DNA of 64,000 nucleotides from an uncultured Methanosarcinales archaeon (GTDB lineage Archaea; Nanobdellota; Nanobdellia; Woesearchaeales; CAXGTL01), in the NCBI GenBank assembly GCA_964535955.1, contig CAZHVK010000008.1:1-64000 (forward strand), written 5' to 3'. Below the pieces are notes generated by a model, which was not told the DNA's origin, searched no databases, and was given only the letters and a program-made list of their open reading frames with translations. This document shows, piece after piece, positions 48,717 to 57,538 of this stretch. The stretch's first letter is position 1. The number at the start of each line of letters is the position of its first letter. The translations under genes were made by a program, and so were the position numbers.

Positions 48717-50534
48717 ATGAACAGAAAACTTAAAAAAGTATTAACAAACTGGAGAATGATTTTGTTAATCGTATTTCTAATAATAGCTATATGGACTATT
48801 CATTTTAATCCTTATAAACAAGGTGTTGCAATCAGAAGCGTTGTATATAATAGTTCTGCTAATGCAGCTGGTATTGAAAAACCTTTACCAAATATAATGC
48901 CTATGAGCCGTGAAGTAATTTTGGCAATCAATAATCAAGATATTAAATCTACAAAAGATTTTTTTGAGATAACTGAAAATATTGAAGCAAATGATACTAT
49001 TGATATTAGAACAAATAAAGAAATATATAGAGTTTATGTCAGACCAGAGTATAATATTACTCTGCTAGATGAATTAGAAGAATATGAAGCACCTGTCATG
49101 GTTAATGTTACAAAAGAAATTGATGGTGAAGAAATAACTGTTTTAGAACCAAAAACAGAAATAAAAACTACAATGGTTGAAAGAACTGTAGTAGATTCTG
49201 AAACAGGAGAAACATATACAATAGAAGAAGAAGTCAATGAAACAAAAATAATAACTGAAATCAAAACAAGAAACAAAATTTTAAAAACAATAATTGGTAA
49301 AGAAGATCTAGGATTGTCAGTATACCAAGCACCAACTTCAAATATTAAAAAAGGACTTGATTTAGCAGGTGGAACAAGAGTAATATTGGCGCCAGTTGAA
49401 AAGATTGATGATGAACAACTTGATTTCCTTGTTGATATTATTAAAAATAGGTTGAATGTTTATGGATTAAGTGATATATCTGTTAGACCTTTTGGATTTG
49501 GTGAAGAAAAATATATTATTGTTGAAATTGCAGGAGCAACTAAGCAAGAAGTAGTTGACCTTTTAGCTAAACAAGGTAAGTTTGAAGCAAAGGTTGGAAA
49601 CAATACAGTATTTATTGGCGGCGAAGATATAACATATGTATGTACTGATTCAACATGCAGCAGGATATACCAGTGCGGTGCTTTGTCTGAAGAACAATGG
49701 ACATGCAAGTTTGAATTCTCAATCAAATTAAGTGCAAGTGCTGCTAAGAAGTTTGGAGAATCTACAAAAGATTTAGATATTGTGGGACAGTCTGGAGAAA
49801 GATCATATCTAAGTGAACCTATTAAATTCTTTTTAGATGGTAATGAAGTTGATTCATTACAGATTGCTGCTGAACTTAGAGGTTCTGAAACAACAGACAT
49901 AGCAATATCAGGTCCAGGCTATGGAAAAAATAAACAAGAAGCTGCATTAAATGCTGATGAAAATAGAAAAAAACTTAGAACAATACTTAAAACAGGATCA
50001 TTGCCTGTAAAACTTAATATAGAAAATAGTGTTGTTATATCTGCGATTGCTGGTGAACAATTTGTTCAGAATTCATTATTAGTTGGTATTATGGCTATAT
50101 TAGCTGTTTCTATTGTAATCTTTGTTATCTATAGAAGATTAAAAATATCAATTCCATTATTATTAACTTCATTATCAGAAGTTGTTTTGCTGCTTGGATT
50201 AGCTGCACTGATGCAAGAACTGGATTTTGCAGCAATAGCTGGTATCATAATTGTAGTTGGAACTGGTGTAGATCATCTGATTGTTATAACTGATGAAGTT
50301 CTTAGAGGTGAACAAGCTTCTTCTATCACTGACTGGAAAAAAAGGTTTAAAGCAGGATTCATGATCATCTTGATTGCATTCTTTACAACATCAGTAGCTA
50401 TGTTTCCTTTGATATTTGCTGGTGCTGGTTTGTTGCGTGGTTTTGCAATCATAACTATATTTGGTCTGGCTTTAGGAATATTTGTGTCAAGGCCAGCTTA
50501 TGGAGCTCTGATTGAGATATTGTTGAGGGATTGA
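48717..50534 (+). CDS. secD: Protein translocase subunit SecD
   Basis: GLDLAGG, RLNVYGL, LKTGSLPV, IAGII..VGTGVD..IVITDE and LRGFA motifs. Confidence 0.93.
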   Translation: MNRKLKKVLTNWRMILLIVFLIIAIWTIHFNPYKQGVAIRSVVYNSSANAAGIEKPLPNIMPMSREVILAINNQDIKSTKDFFEITENIEANDTIDIRTNKEIYRVYVRPEYNITLLDELEEYEAPVMVNVTKEIDGEEITVLEPKTEIKTTMVERTVVDSETGETYTIEEEVNETKIITEIKTRNKILKTIIGKEDLGLSVYQAPTSNIKKGLDLAGGTRVILAPVEKIDDEQLDFLVDIIKNRLNVYGLSDISVRPFGFGEEKYIIVEIAGATKQEVVDLLAKQGKFEAKVGNNTVFIGGEDITYVCTDSTCSRIYQCGALSEEQWTCKFEFSIKLSASAAKKFGESTKDLDIVGQSGERSYLSEPIKFFLDGNEVDSLQIAAELRGSETTDIAISGPGYGKNKQEAALNADENRKKLRTILKTGSLPVKLNIENSVVISAIAGEQFVQNSLLVGIMAILAVSIVIFVIYRRLKISIPLLLTSLSEVVLLLGLAALMQELDFAAIAGIIIVVGTGVDHLIVITDEVLRGEQASSITDWKKRFKAGFMIILIAFFTTSVAMFPLIFAGAGLLRGFAIITIFGLALGIFVSRPAYGALIEILLRD

Positions 50535-50542
50535 TTCTAGGT

Positions 50543-51517
50543 TCACAACCTAATCTCCTTTTCCAACCATTCAATATGTTCATGTTTTCTTTTCCAGAAT
50601 ATGTCTTCAAATATATAATGAGCTGCAAGCATTCTGTATTTCCCATATGTTTTTTTGAAATAGTTTAGGATTCTATCTGTTGATACTAAGGCTTTATTGA
50701 ATATTAATTTTGAATATATCTTTTGTTCCCATGGTGAGATATAATCAAAAGCATCATAATGATGATAAACTTCAAATAAAATGTACCAAACAGAAGCAGG
50801 ACCTATGCCATATAATTTAATAAGTTCTTCTTTTGCTTTGTCTTTACCTAATTTTCTTATCTCATATTCATTGATTTCTTTGTTTGCAAACATTTTTGAG
50901 ATCCTTTTTAAGAACTTTGCTCTGTAACCTATTTTCAATGTTCTTAATTCATCTTCACTTACTTTGTTTAATCTTTTTGGAAGCCAAAATGTGTTTAATT
51001 CCACAGAATCAAATCTTACTTTTTTCCCATACTTATCAAATAAGTTCTGCATCATCTGAACACTTCTTCTGACTGTTGCATTTTGCAAAACAATGCACAC
51101 AATCAAGAATTCGTATAATGAATAATCACAACTGATTCTCATTCCTTTGAATTTTTTTATAATATCTTTAAGAATCCTATCTTTTTTGAATTTATTAAAG
51201 AATTCTGAAAAATCTGTTTCAAAGTCATATCTCCATTTAACCTCATTAATAATCTCTGTGATCTGTTTTTTGTTTAGTTTGTCTTTATAATAAATACTTA
51301 ATTTAATCTTTGGTTTTGCTATTGTTCCTTTGTTTTCATATTTCAAGCCACAATATTTGTTTTTAAAAATAAAGCTTTGATAAAATATATTTTTTTCCCA
51401 TTTAATATTCTGAGTAGGAAAATGTGATGGTTTATGAAAAGTATAATTAAAATTATATGGTGATTGTGGTGTTAATGTTGCTGATTTCTTTTTGTCTAAT
51501 ATTATTGATTTTGGCAT
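50543..51517 (-). CDS. HhH-GPD DNA glycosylase (AlkA/OGG-like)
   Basis: YEFLIVCIVLQN, LKIGYRAK and LIKLYGIGPAS (HhH) motifs. Confidence 0.8.
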   Translation of the reverse strand: MPKSIILDKKKSATLTPQSPYNFNYTFHKPSHFPTQNIKWEKNIFYQSFIFKNKYCGLKYENKGTIAKPKIKLSIYYKDKLNKKQITEIINEVKWRYDFETDFSEFFNKFKKDRILKDIIKKFKGMRISCDYSLYEFLIVCIVLQNATVRRSVQMMQNLFDKYGKKVRFDSVELNTFWLPKRLNKVSEDELRTLKIGYRAKFLKRISKMFANKEINEYEIRKLGKDKAKEELIKLYGIGPASVWYILFEVYHHYDAFDYISPWEQKIYSKLIFNKALVSTDRILNYFKKTYGKYRMLAAHYIFEDIFWKRKHEHIEWLEKEIRL

Positions 51518-51619
51518 ATAGAAGTAGTATATCTAATTATATATAAATGTTCATACTTGATAAACAAGATTATTTCATATCCCAAAATTTAAATATGTTC
51601 TCACCTAACTTTTCTCTAT

Positions 51620-52432
51620 ATGAAGAAACTACTAACTGTAACAGCAGTGTGTTTGGTATTGTGTGGTTGTAGTTCATACTGTTCTGATAAAGCATATGCA
51701 GAAACATACAAATTAAAAGATGAAGATAAATTTAAACTTCAGCCTCATGTTGCTCTGCCTAGGCAGATGAGTATTGAGAATATGATTGAGTTTTATGCTG
51801 TGAAGTATGGTGTTAGGCCTGAGTTTATGAAAGCAATCTGCAAAGTAGAATCTAATTTTAAGCCTGATTGTGTATCATATCTAGGTGCTGCTGGTTTGTT
51901 TCAGTTCATGCCATATACTGCTGAATCAATAGGGTTAAAGATCTATAAAAATGAATTCTATACAAAAGCAATGAGTGCACAAACAAAAAAAGATAAACAT
52001 AAAAATCTAAAATTATATGCTAGTAGTTTTGAAAATTTTATTCGTTTGGTTGGTTTTGAAAAAGCAAAAACAATTGATCAGAGATTAGATAGAAATTATT
52101 GTGTGCAGAGTGCTGGAAGTTATATCAAAGCAAAACAAGAAAGGCATGGTAATGAAGCTTTGGCTGCTGCTGCTTATTTTGCTGGATCTGGTGCTGTTGA
52201 TGATTATGATGGTATTCCATCTTATGCAATTAATTATGTTGAAAAAGTTGCTGATAAGATGAAGGGCTTTGGAAGAGTTATGACTGGTTTAAAAGAGATT
52301 GAGAAAGCTAAGAAAAACAGAGGAAAACCACCAAAAAAGAAAAAAGAAAAAAAGAAGTATCGTACATTAAACAAGGTTATCAGAGAAATAAGAAAAATAG
52401 ACAGGTTAAGAAAATTTATATTTAGGTGGTGA
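51620..52432 (+). CDS. Lytic transglycosylase (SLT domain), putative lipoprotein
   Basis: Catalytic KVES; motifs S..GAAGLFQFMPYTA and AAAYFAGSGAV (AYNAG-like), INYVEKV; N-terminal VLCGC lipobox-like motif; Lys-rich tail. Confidence 0.88.
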   Translation: MKKLLTVTAVCLVLCGCSSYCSDKAYAETYKLKDEDKFKLQPHVALPRQMSIENMIEFYAVKYGVRPEFMKAICKVESNFKPDCVSYLGAAGLFQFMPYTAESIGLKIYKNEFYTKAMSAQTKKDKHKNLKLYASSFENFIRLVGFEKAKTIDQRLDRNYCVQSAGSYIKAKQERHGNEALAAAAYFAGSGAVDDYDGIPSYAINYVEKVADKMKGFGRVMTGLKEIEKAKKNRGKPPKKKKEKKKYRTLNKVIREIRKIDRLRKFIFRW

Positions 52433-53434
52433 TTAATTATGCAAATAAACCCTAAAACTATCCACATATGGAGAATTCCTTAATTTTTTTAATGATCTTG
52501 ATATGACAAGTCTTATTCCTTCCCTTGTCAAGTCATAATTTGCCTTGATTTCTTTTAAAGTTCTTTGAATTCCATCTCTTAAACCAAATCTCAACCTCAT
52601 TATTTCAGCATCCCTCTCAGATAAATACTTTGATAAGAAGCCTTCCACCTCAGACTTTAGTGCCAATTTGATTGCTGCATCCTCAGTACCCAACCTATTG
52701 TCTTTAACAAAATAATATTTTGATACAACACCTTTACCATCTTTTACTTTCTTGTCCAATGAATCACAAGTCTTATCATATCTTATTAATTCATTAAACC
52801 TTTCTTTAGAAATGTTTATTTCATGCGCCAGCTCATGATAATTAGGCTTTCTAAAATGTTTTCTAATGAACTTATTTTCAGTCCTAATCAGTTTGCCAAT
52901 CAACTCGTAAATCCAAGTAGGAATCCTTATAGTTCTGTCAGAATATATAATCTCATTAACAATCGCATTTCTTATTGACTTTCCTGCAAGATGAGATAGC
53001 TTTTTATTGAATTCAATCTTATATTTTCTTGCACATCTTAGCAAAGCAATGTTTCCCTCTTGAATCAAATCAAGAAAATCCAGTTTTCTAGTATCATACT
53101 CTTTTGCTATTTTCACAACCAAAGGCAAATTATTAGCAACTAAATCCTCTTCTGCTTCCTTGCTAAACTGCTTCTCCTTTCCTAATCTTAACTCTTCCTC
53201 AAGACTAAGAACTCTTACTTCTGGAAAACTAGTTATATATAACTTAAGGTTACTTTCCAAAAATTCTTTATCTTTAACATCATCTTCTTTTTTAGAATCA
53301 AATTCATCCCAATATTCAACATAATTAATATCTTTGCGCAAGCTTGTACAAAATCTTTCTATTTTCCCATCAATATCAGAATCTAGAATAAGTAATGCAA
53401 TTTCTGGTTCATATGCTGTTTGTACGTATTCCAT
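52433..53434 (-). CDS. Sigma70-family (RpoD-like) protein, divergent
   Basis: Region 1.2 LKLYI...LSLEEE; 2.1 NLPLVVKIAKEY; 2.2 DLIQEGNIAL; RTIRIP; region 3 PNYHELA...SLD; region 4 LSERDAEIMRLRFGL..RTLKEI..LTREGIR. Confidence 0.9.
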   Translation of the reverse strand: MEYVQTAYEPEIALLILDSDIDGKIERFCTSLRKDINYVEYWDEFDSKKEDDVKDKEFLESNLKLYITSFPEVRVLSLEEELRLGKEKQFSKEAEEDLVANNLPLVVKIAKEYDTRKLDFLDLIQEGNIALLRCARKYKIEFNKKLSHLAGKSIRNAIVNEIIYSDRTIRIPTWIYELIGKLIRTENKFIRKHFRKPNYHELAHEINISKERFNELIRYDKTCDSLDKKVKDGKGVVSKYYFVKDNRLGTEDAAIKLALKSEVEGFLSKYLSERDAEIMRLRFGLRDGIQRTLKEIKANYDLTREGIRLVISRSLKKLRNSPYVDSFRVYLHN

Positions 53435-53476
53435 TTATATATTAGTTTATATTAAAGGATTTATATATTTTACTGA

Positions 53477-54547
53477 TTAATTATATTTCCAGAAATCAAA
53501 GAACTTTTTTCTGAACATTGGACAAGCTCTTAATTTTCTAATTGCCTTTGCCTCAATCTGTCTTATTCTTTCCCTTACTACTCCATACTGCTCACCAATA
53601 CATTGTAAAGTCCTAGGGATTCCATCTTTCAAGCCAAATCTTTGCACCATCACATCAACTTCTTTCTCAGATAAATAATGTTTTTCATTAAAAAAATAAT
53701 CATACATACTTTTTCTTAGAACTGCATGATTGACAGCATTATCAACATTAAAATTTTTGTTTTCTATAAAATCTGACAATGTTTCACCTCCCTCATAAAT
53801 ATAATTTAAAGAAAGACATTTATGATTAGCTTTCATCAGTGTTTCTACTCTTTGTGGTTTATATCCAGAAGCTTGTGCAATCTCTAGATAAGTGGGTTTT
53901 CTTTTTAGTTTTTTTTCTAATTTTCTTTCATGTTGCAGTAATTGTGAAATTACTTGTACAGATTGAGCAGGTATTCTAATAGTTCTTGATTGTTCTTCAA
54001 TAGCCCTTACAATTGATTGTCTAATCCTATATGGTGCATATGTTGAAAATTTGTAACCAAATTTATAATCCCATTTTTTAACAGCTTTCATCAGACCTTT
54101 ATTACCTTCTTGAATAAGATCATTCCATTCTAAACCTCTATTTTTAAACATTTTAGCAACATGCACTACTAAACAAAGGTTTGCCTCTGTAAAATCATTC
54201 TCTGCTTGTTTACTTCCTTGTTCAATTCGTTTTGCTATTTTTTTTTGTTCTTCAAACTCCCTTATACATGATTTTTTCATTATCTCTGTTCTGTATTGTG
54301 AAAAAGAATTTGTATAGTCAATGTCTGGGTTTTGTTTTTCTTTCTTGTTATCTTGTGTTATCTGTTCAAATATATCATTATGTATTTCATTATCATGCTT
54401 TTCATTAGATTTTGTCTTTTTTTCTTGTTGTTTATTTATATTATATTCAAGAAGTTCTAATTCTATATTGTCTATTGATGTCTCTAGATTGACATTACAC
54501 TTAAGATCAATATTCACCTCTTTTGTCAATGTTTGTGTTTTATACAT
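53477..54547 (-). CDS. Sigma70-family (RpoD-like) protein
   Basis: ANLCLVVHVAK..NRGL..DLIQEGNKGLMKAV, GYKFSTYA, IRQSI.RAI..QSRTIRIP, PTYLEIA and RFGL.DG.PRTL..IG..GVVRERIRQIEAKAIRKLR motifs. Confidence 0.95.
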   Translation of the reverse strand: MYKTQTLTKEVNIDLKCNVNLETSIDNIELELLEYNINKQQEKKTKSNEKHDNEIHNDIFEQITQDNKKEKQNPDIDYTNSFSQYRTEIMKKSCIREFEEQKKIAKRIEQGSKQAENDFTEANLCLVVHVAKMFKNRGLEWNDLIQEGNKGLMKAVKKWDYKFGYKFSTYAPYRIRQSIVRAIEEQSRTIRIPAQSVQVISQLLQHERKLEKKLKRKPTYLEIAQASGYKPQRVETLMKANHKCLSLNYIYEGGETLSDFIENKNFNVDNAVNHAVLRKSMYDYFFNEKHYLSEKEVDVMVQRFGLKDGIPRTLQCIGEQYGVVRERIRQIEAKAIRKLRACPMFRKKFFDFWKYN

Positions 54548-54638
54548 AGTAATTTTGAGAAATCTAATTATTTGTTTTTAAAGTTTTTGGTTATAGGACT
54601 AAAGATTTATATATACCAAAAGATTAAAAGGTAATATA

Positions 54639-54965
54639 ATGAAATTTAAGGATTATAAATTAAAAATACATAATGTTGAAAAACATGTTAGATTAAATCC
54701 TGTAATGAAAACAAAAAAAGATTATGATGAAGAAATTCTTAGATTAAATGAATATTATGAAAAGATAAGGACTTATGAAAAAGAAGTAGAAGAGGACAAG
54801 GATCTGACAGACAGTGAAAGAGAACAATTGGTAATGTACTTAGGAGCTGTAAAAGACAAGATTGTTGATCAATTTAATAAAGTTACAGCTTTAGGTGATA
54901 AAATTATTAGAAAAAAGTTAGAAAAAGAGAATAAATGGGTGCCTGTTTTTGAAAAAGCTGCTTAA
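54639..54965 (+). CDS. Hypothetical protein
   Basis: 108 aa helical ORF divergent from the sigma genes; TTTATATA upstream. Confidence 0.65.
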   Translation: MKFKDYKLKIHNVEKHVRLNPVMKTKKDYDEEILRLNEYYEKIRTYEKEVEEDKDLTDSEREQLVMYLGAVKDKIVDQFNKVTALGDKIIRKKLEKENKWVPVFEKAA

Positions 54966-55723
54966 GTGTGATTCATTTTCCATTTCTTCCTAAAAAACTT
55001 CAAAGCTTTATTTCTAAATTTAGAATCATTTATTTTTATAGTTATAGGTTCATCCCCCCACATACTTATCAAAACATGATCCTTAAATATCATCAAACCC
55101 CATGGAAAAACTTCATCAGTGTACTTAACTTTGTATGTTTTTTTAGTTGTATACAGCTTTTCCCATTCTTTTTTAGATTCTTTTGGTGCTAAACCTTTTA
55201 AAATAAGTTTTTTATCTTTAGCAATTGTATCTAATTGTAAAAAAAGATTATGAAGTTTTTCATCTTTTTGAAATTCTTTTGGTTGAGATATGAAAGGTGC
55301 TTCACTACCTTTTCTAGTATTAAAATAACTTTCCATAAAAGCAGTTTTAAACCCTTTTCTTCCTTCATATATCTCTGCACTTGACTTTTTTGCTTGAGAT
55401 TTAATTGATTTTAGTTTAGGTAAACTTTTTTTAATTGTTTTTAGCTTTTTATCTAACACATTTTTCTGTTCCTGCACAAATCCAGTAAATACGTCAGGCT
55501 CTGCTGCATTATAATGCTTTATCTTACCTATTAATACAAATGTCACAAGACCTTTTTCAATCAACTTATTGACATTATTATGAACAACAGATGATTGTAG
55601 ATTTGTTTTTTTGATTATTTCACCGACTTTAGATTGTCCTAATTCTAATAAAATTAAGTAAATCACAGCCTGAGCATGTGTCAAACCAATATTCTGCAAT
55701 AATTCTATATCATTTCGATTCAT
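54962..55723 (-). CDS. TrmB family transcriptional regulator
   Basis: LQNIGLT..A.IYL.LLELG, L.EKGLV winged HTH, and IYEG.KG.K C-terminal domain. Confidence 0.85.
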   Translation of the reverse strand: MNRNDIELLQNIGLTHAQAVIYLILLELGQSKVGEIIKKTNLQSSVVHNNVNKLIEKGLVTFVLIGKIKHYNAAEPDVFTGFVQEQKNVLDKKLKTIKKSLPKLKSIKSQAKKSSAEIYEGRKGFKTAFMESYFNTRKGSEAPFISQPKEFQKDEKLHNLFLQLDTIAKDKKLILKGLAPKESKKEWEKLYTTKKTYKVKYTDEVFPWGLMIFKDHVLISMWGDEPITIKINDSKFRNKALKFFRKKWKMNHT

Positions 55724-55808
55724 ACTCTCCTAAGAAAGGAGAGTTAGTATATAAATATTACTATTTGTTACTATTTTTTTATTACAAACTGCTTGAGATA
55801 GAGACAAA

Positions 55809-56660
55809 ATGGATTATAGAGACAAGATAAAATTTGCAGATGAAAAAAGTCCTGAATTTATTAAGAATATGGATTATTTTTTTAGAAATTCAAATGAGGA
55901 TGTACAAATTACAACTGATTTTTTAAAAGAATTCAGGAAAAGATACAAACAACCAAAAACTAAGTTAGATTGGTTAGATGTTGGCACAGGACCTTGTGTT
56001 AAACCAATCATGATTTTAGAAGGAAGTAATAGAAATAGTGGTTTGATAAATGATTTCAATGAAATATATATTGATGTTATTGAGCCTGAAGAATCTTGGC
56101 ACGATATTTTTACACACAATCTTAATGAATTAGGATTATATTGGTTAATAACAAATATTTTTAGTTCAACATGGGAAGATTTTGATCAAGATAAAAAGTA
56201 TAATTTAATTACTTTTTTTCATTCAACATATGGGATTGATCCTGAATCATTAGGAAAAGTGCCAAATATATTGCATGAAGGTGGAATTGCATGCATTATA
56301 TTAGAAGATCCTGAATCTGCATTGTATAAAATTAAACAAAGAGTTAGTTCTTATATCAATTTAAGAGAAACAGTTTCATTTTCAAAAGAGATCTCTGATG
56401 TATTAAGTCAAAAAGGAATTTATCATGAAATTCAAAAAAATGAATCTAAGAGAATGCTTTATGTTGATGATCTATTGAAAGATGATGATATAACACAATT
56501 ATCATTTTTATTACAGACAAAATTAGAGAATCATGATAAAAGAATACAAAAAAAAGTATTAAATGAAATGAAAGATGAATTAAATAAACATATTAAAGAA
56601 GATCAAAATAGGAAAAAATATATAGAAACACCTGATGAATTTATATGGGTCTATAACTAA
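55809..56660 (+). CDS. Class I SAM-dependent methyltransferase
   Basis: WLDVGTGP, VIEP, YNLI..FHS.Y and LHEGG motifs. Confidence 0.8.
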   Translation: MDYRDKIKFADEKSPEFIKNMDYFFRNSNEDVQITTDFLKEFRKRYKQPKTKLDWLDVGTGPCVKPIMILEGSNRNSGLINDFNEIYIDVIEPEESWHDIFTHNLNELGLYWLITNIFSSTWEDFDQDKKYNLITFFHSTYGIDPESLGKVPNILHEGGIACIILEDPESALYKIKQRVSSYINLRETVSFSKEISDVLSQKGIYHEIQKNESKRMLYVDDLLKDDDITQLSFLLQTKLENHDKRIQKKVLNEMKDELNKHIKEDQNRKKYIETPDEFIWVYN

Positions 56661-56670
56661 CTGCAGAATT

Positions 56671-57183
56671 TCACTCAATCAAATCAACTATATAATCACA
56701 TTTATATTCTTGAATAATTGTTCCTACATCATAGAATTTTATCACATTAGAAAATTTAGATCTAATAACTCTTAAGACATCATCGAATTCTTTGAAATCT
56801 TTTGAACAAATTGCAATTGCTAGATCCCATTTACCAGTCATCTTATTTACATAGATAATATTCTTATGCTGGGTTAAAAACCCAATAAATTTATCTTCAA
56901 TTTCTGGAGTAAAATTAGACAAGCTAAACAAAACATAAGTATACATTGGATAACCTAATTTAGATGGATTCAAAAAAGCATGATACATACGAACAACCTT
57001 CAGATCTTCTAATCTTTTGATTCTATATTTTACAACATCTCTTTGTAATTTTGTTTTTCTAGCTATCTGGCTAATAGATTGTCTTGCATTAAGCTGCAAT
57101 TCTTTTAAGATCTTTTTATCTTTTTTATCTAACTTAACCTTTTCTCCAAACTCAATCAATGTATTTTTATGCATAATATCCAA
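56671..57183 (-). CDS. Lrp/AsnC family transcriptional regulator
   Basis: LDKKDKKIL.ELQ.NAR.S.SQIAR...V.YRIKRLE HTH; TGKWDL RAM domain. Confidence 0.92.
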   Translation of the reverse strand: MDIMHKNTLIEFGEKVKLDKKDKKILKELQLNARQSISQIARKTKLQRDVVKYRIKRLEDLKVVRMYHAFLNPSKLGYPMYTYVLFSLSNFTPEIEDKFIGFLTQHKNIIYVNKMTGKWDLAIAICSKDFKEFDDVLRVIRSKFSNVIKFYDVGTIIQEYKCDYIVDLIE

Positions 57184-57262
57184 AATGGATGAAATAATAT
57201 ATAAACTTTTCTATTTTGGTGGAAAAATAGGACATAAACATTTATATTATTAAGTTTATCAT

Positions 57263-57538
57263 TTGACTATGATGAAAGCAAATATACCACCTTGGCTTTG
57301 TTGGCTAATTGGAATATTGACCATAATTCCACTATCAATTGATTCTGGAAGACAGTTTTATTTAGAAAATAAACTATATAATCAAATAGAAATAGTAGCA
57401 GACACCAATAATGATAATAGAACCAGCGTAGATGAATGGGCTGAAGTCTATAAAAAGTTAGGAATTTATTTTAATGATCTTGATCCAAAAGACCTTACAA
57501 TAAAAGAAATGCAAAAATATTTATCAAGAAATAACTAA
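57263..57538 (+). CDS. Small membrane-anchored protein with EF-hand-like loop
   Basis: N-terminal hydrophobic helix; DTNNDNRTSVDE fits the Dx[DN]xD..xSxxE pattern. Confidence 0.55.
   Translation: MTMMKANIPPWLCWLIGILTIIPLSIDSGRQFYLENKLYNQIEIVADTNNDNRTSVDEWAEVYKKLGIYFNDLDPKDLTIKEMQKYLSRNN

Noticed and set aside
51620..54547. Prophage or bacterial contaminant as the explanation for the SLT and sigma genes
   Set aside because: I see no integrase, structural genes, att repeats, gap or compositional shift, and archaeal-style promoters flank the genes. It cannot be fully excluded without reads.
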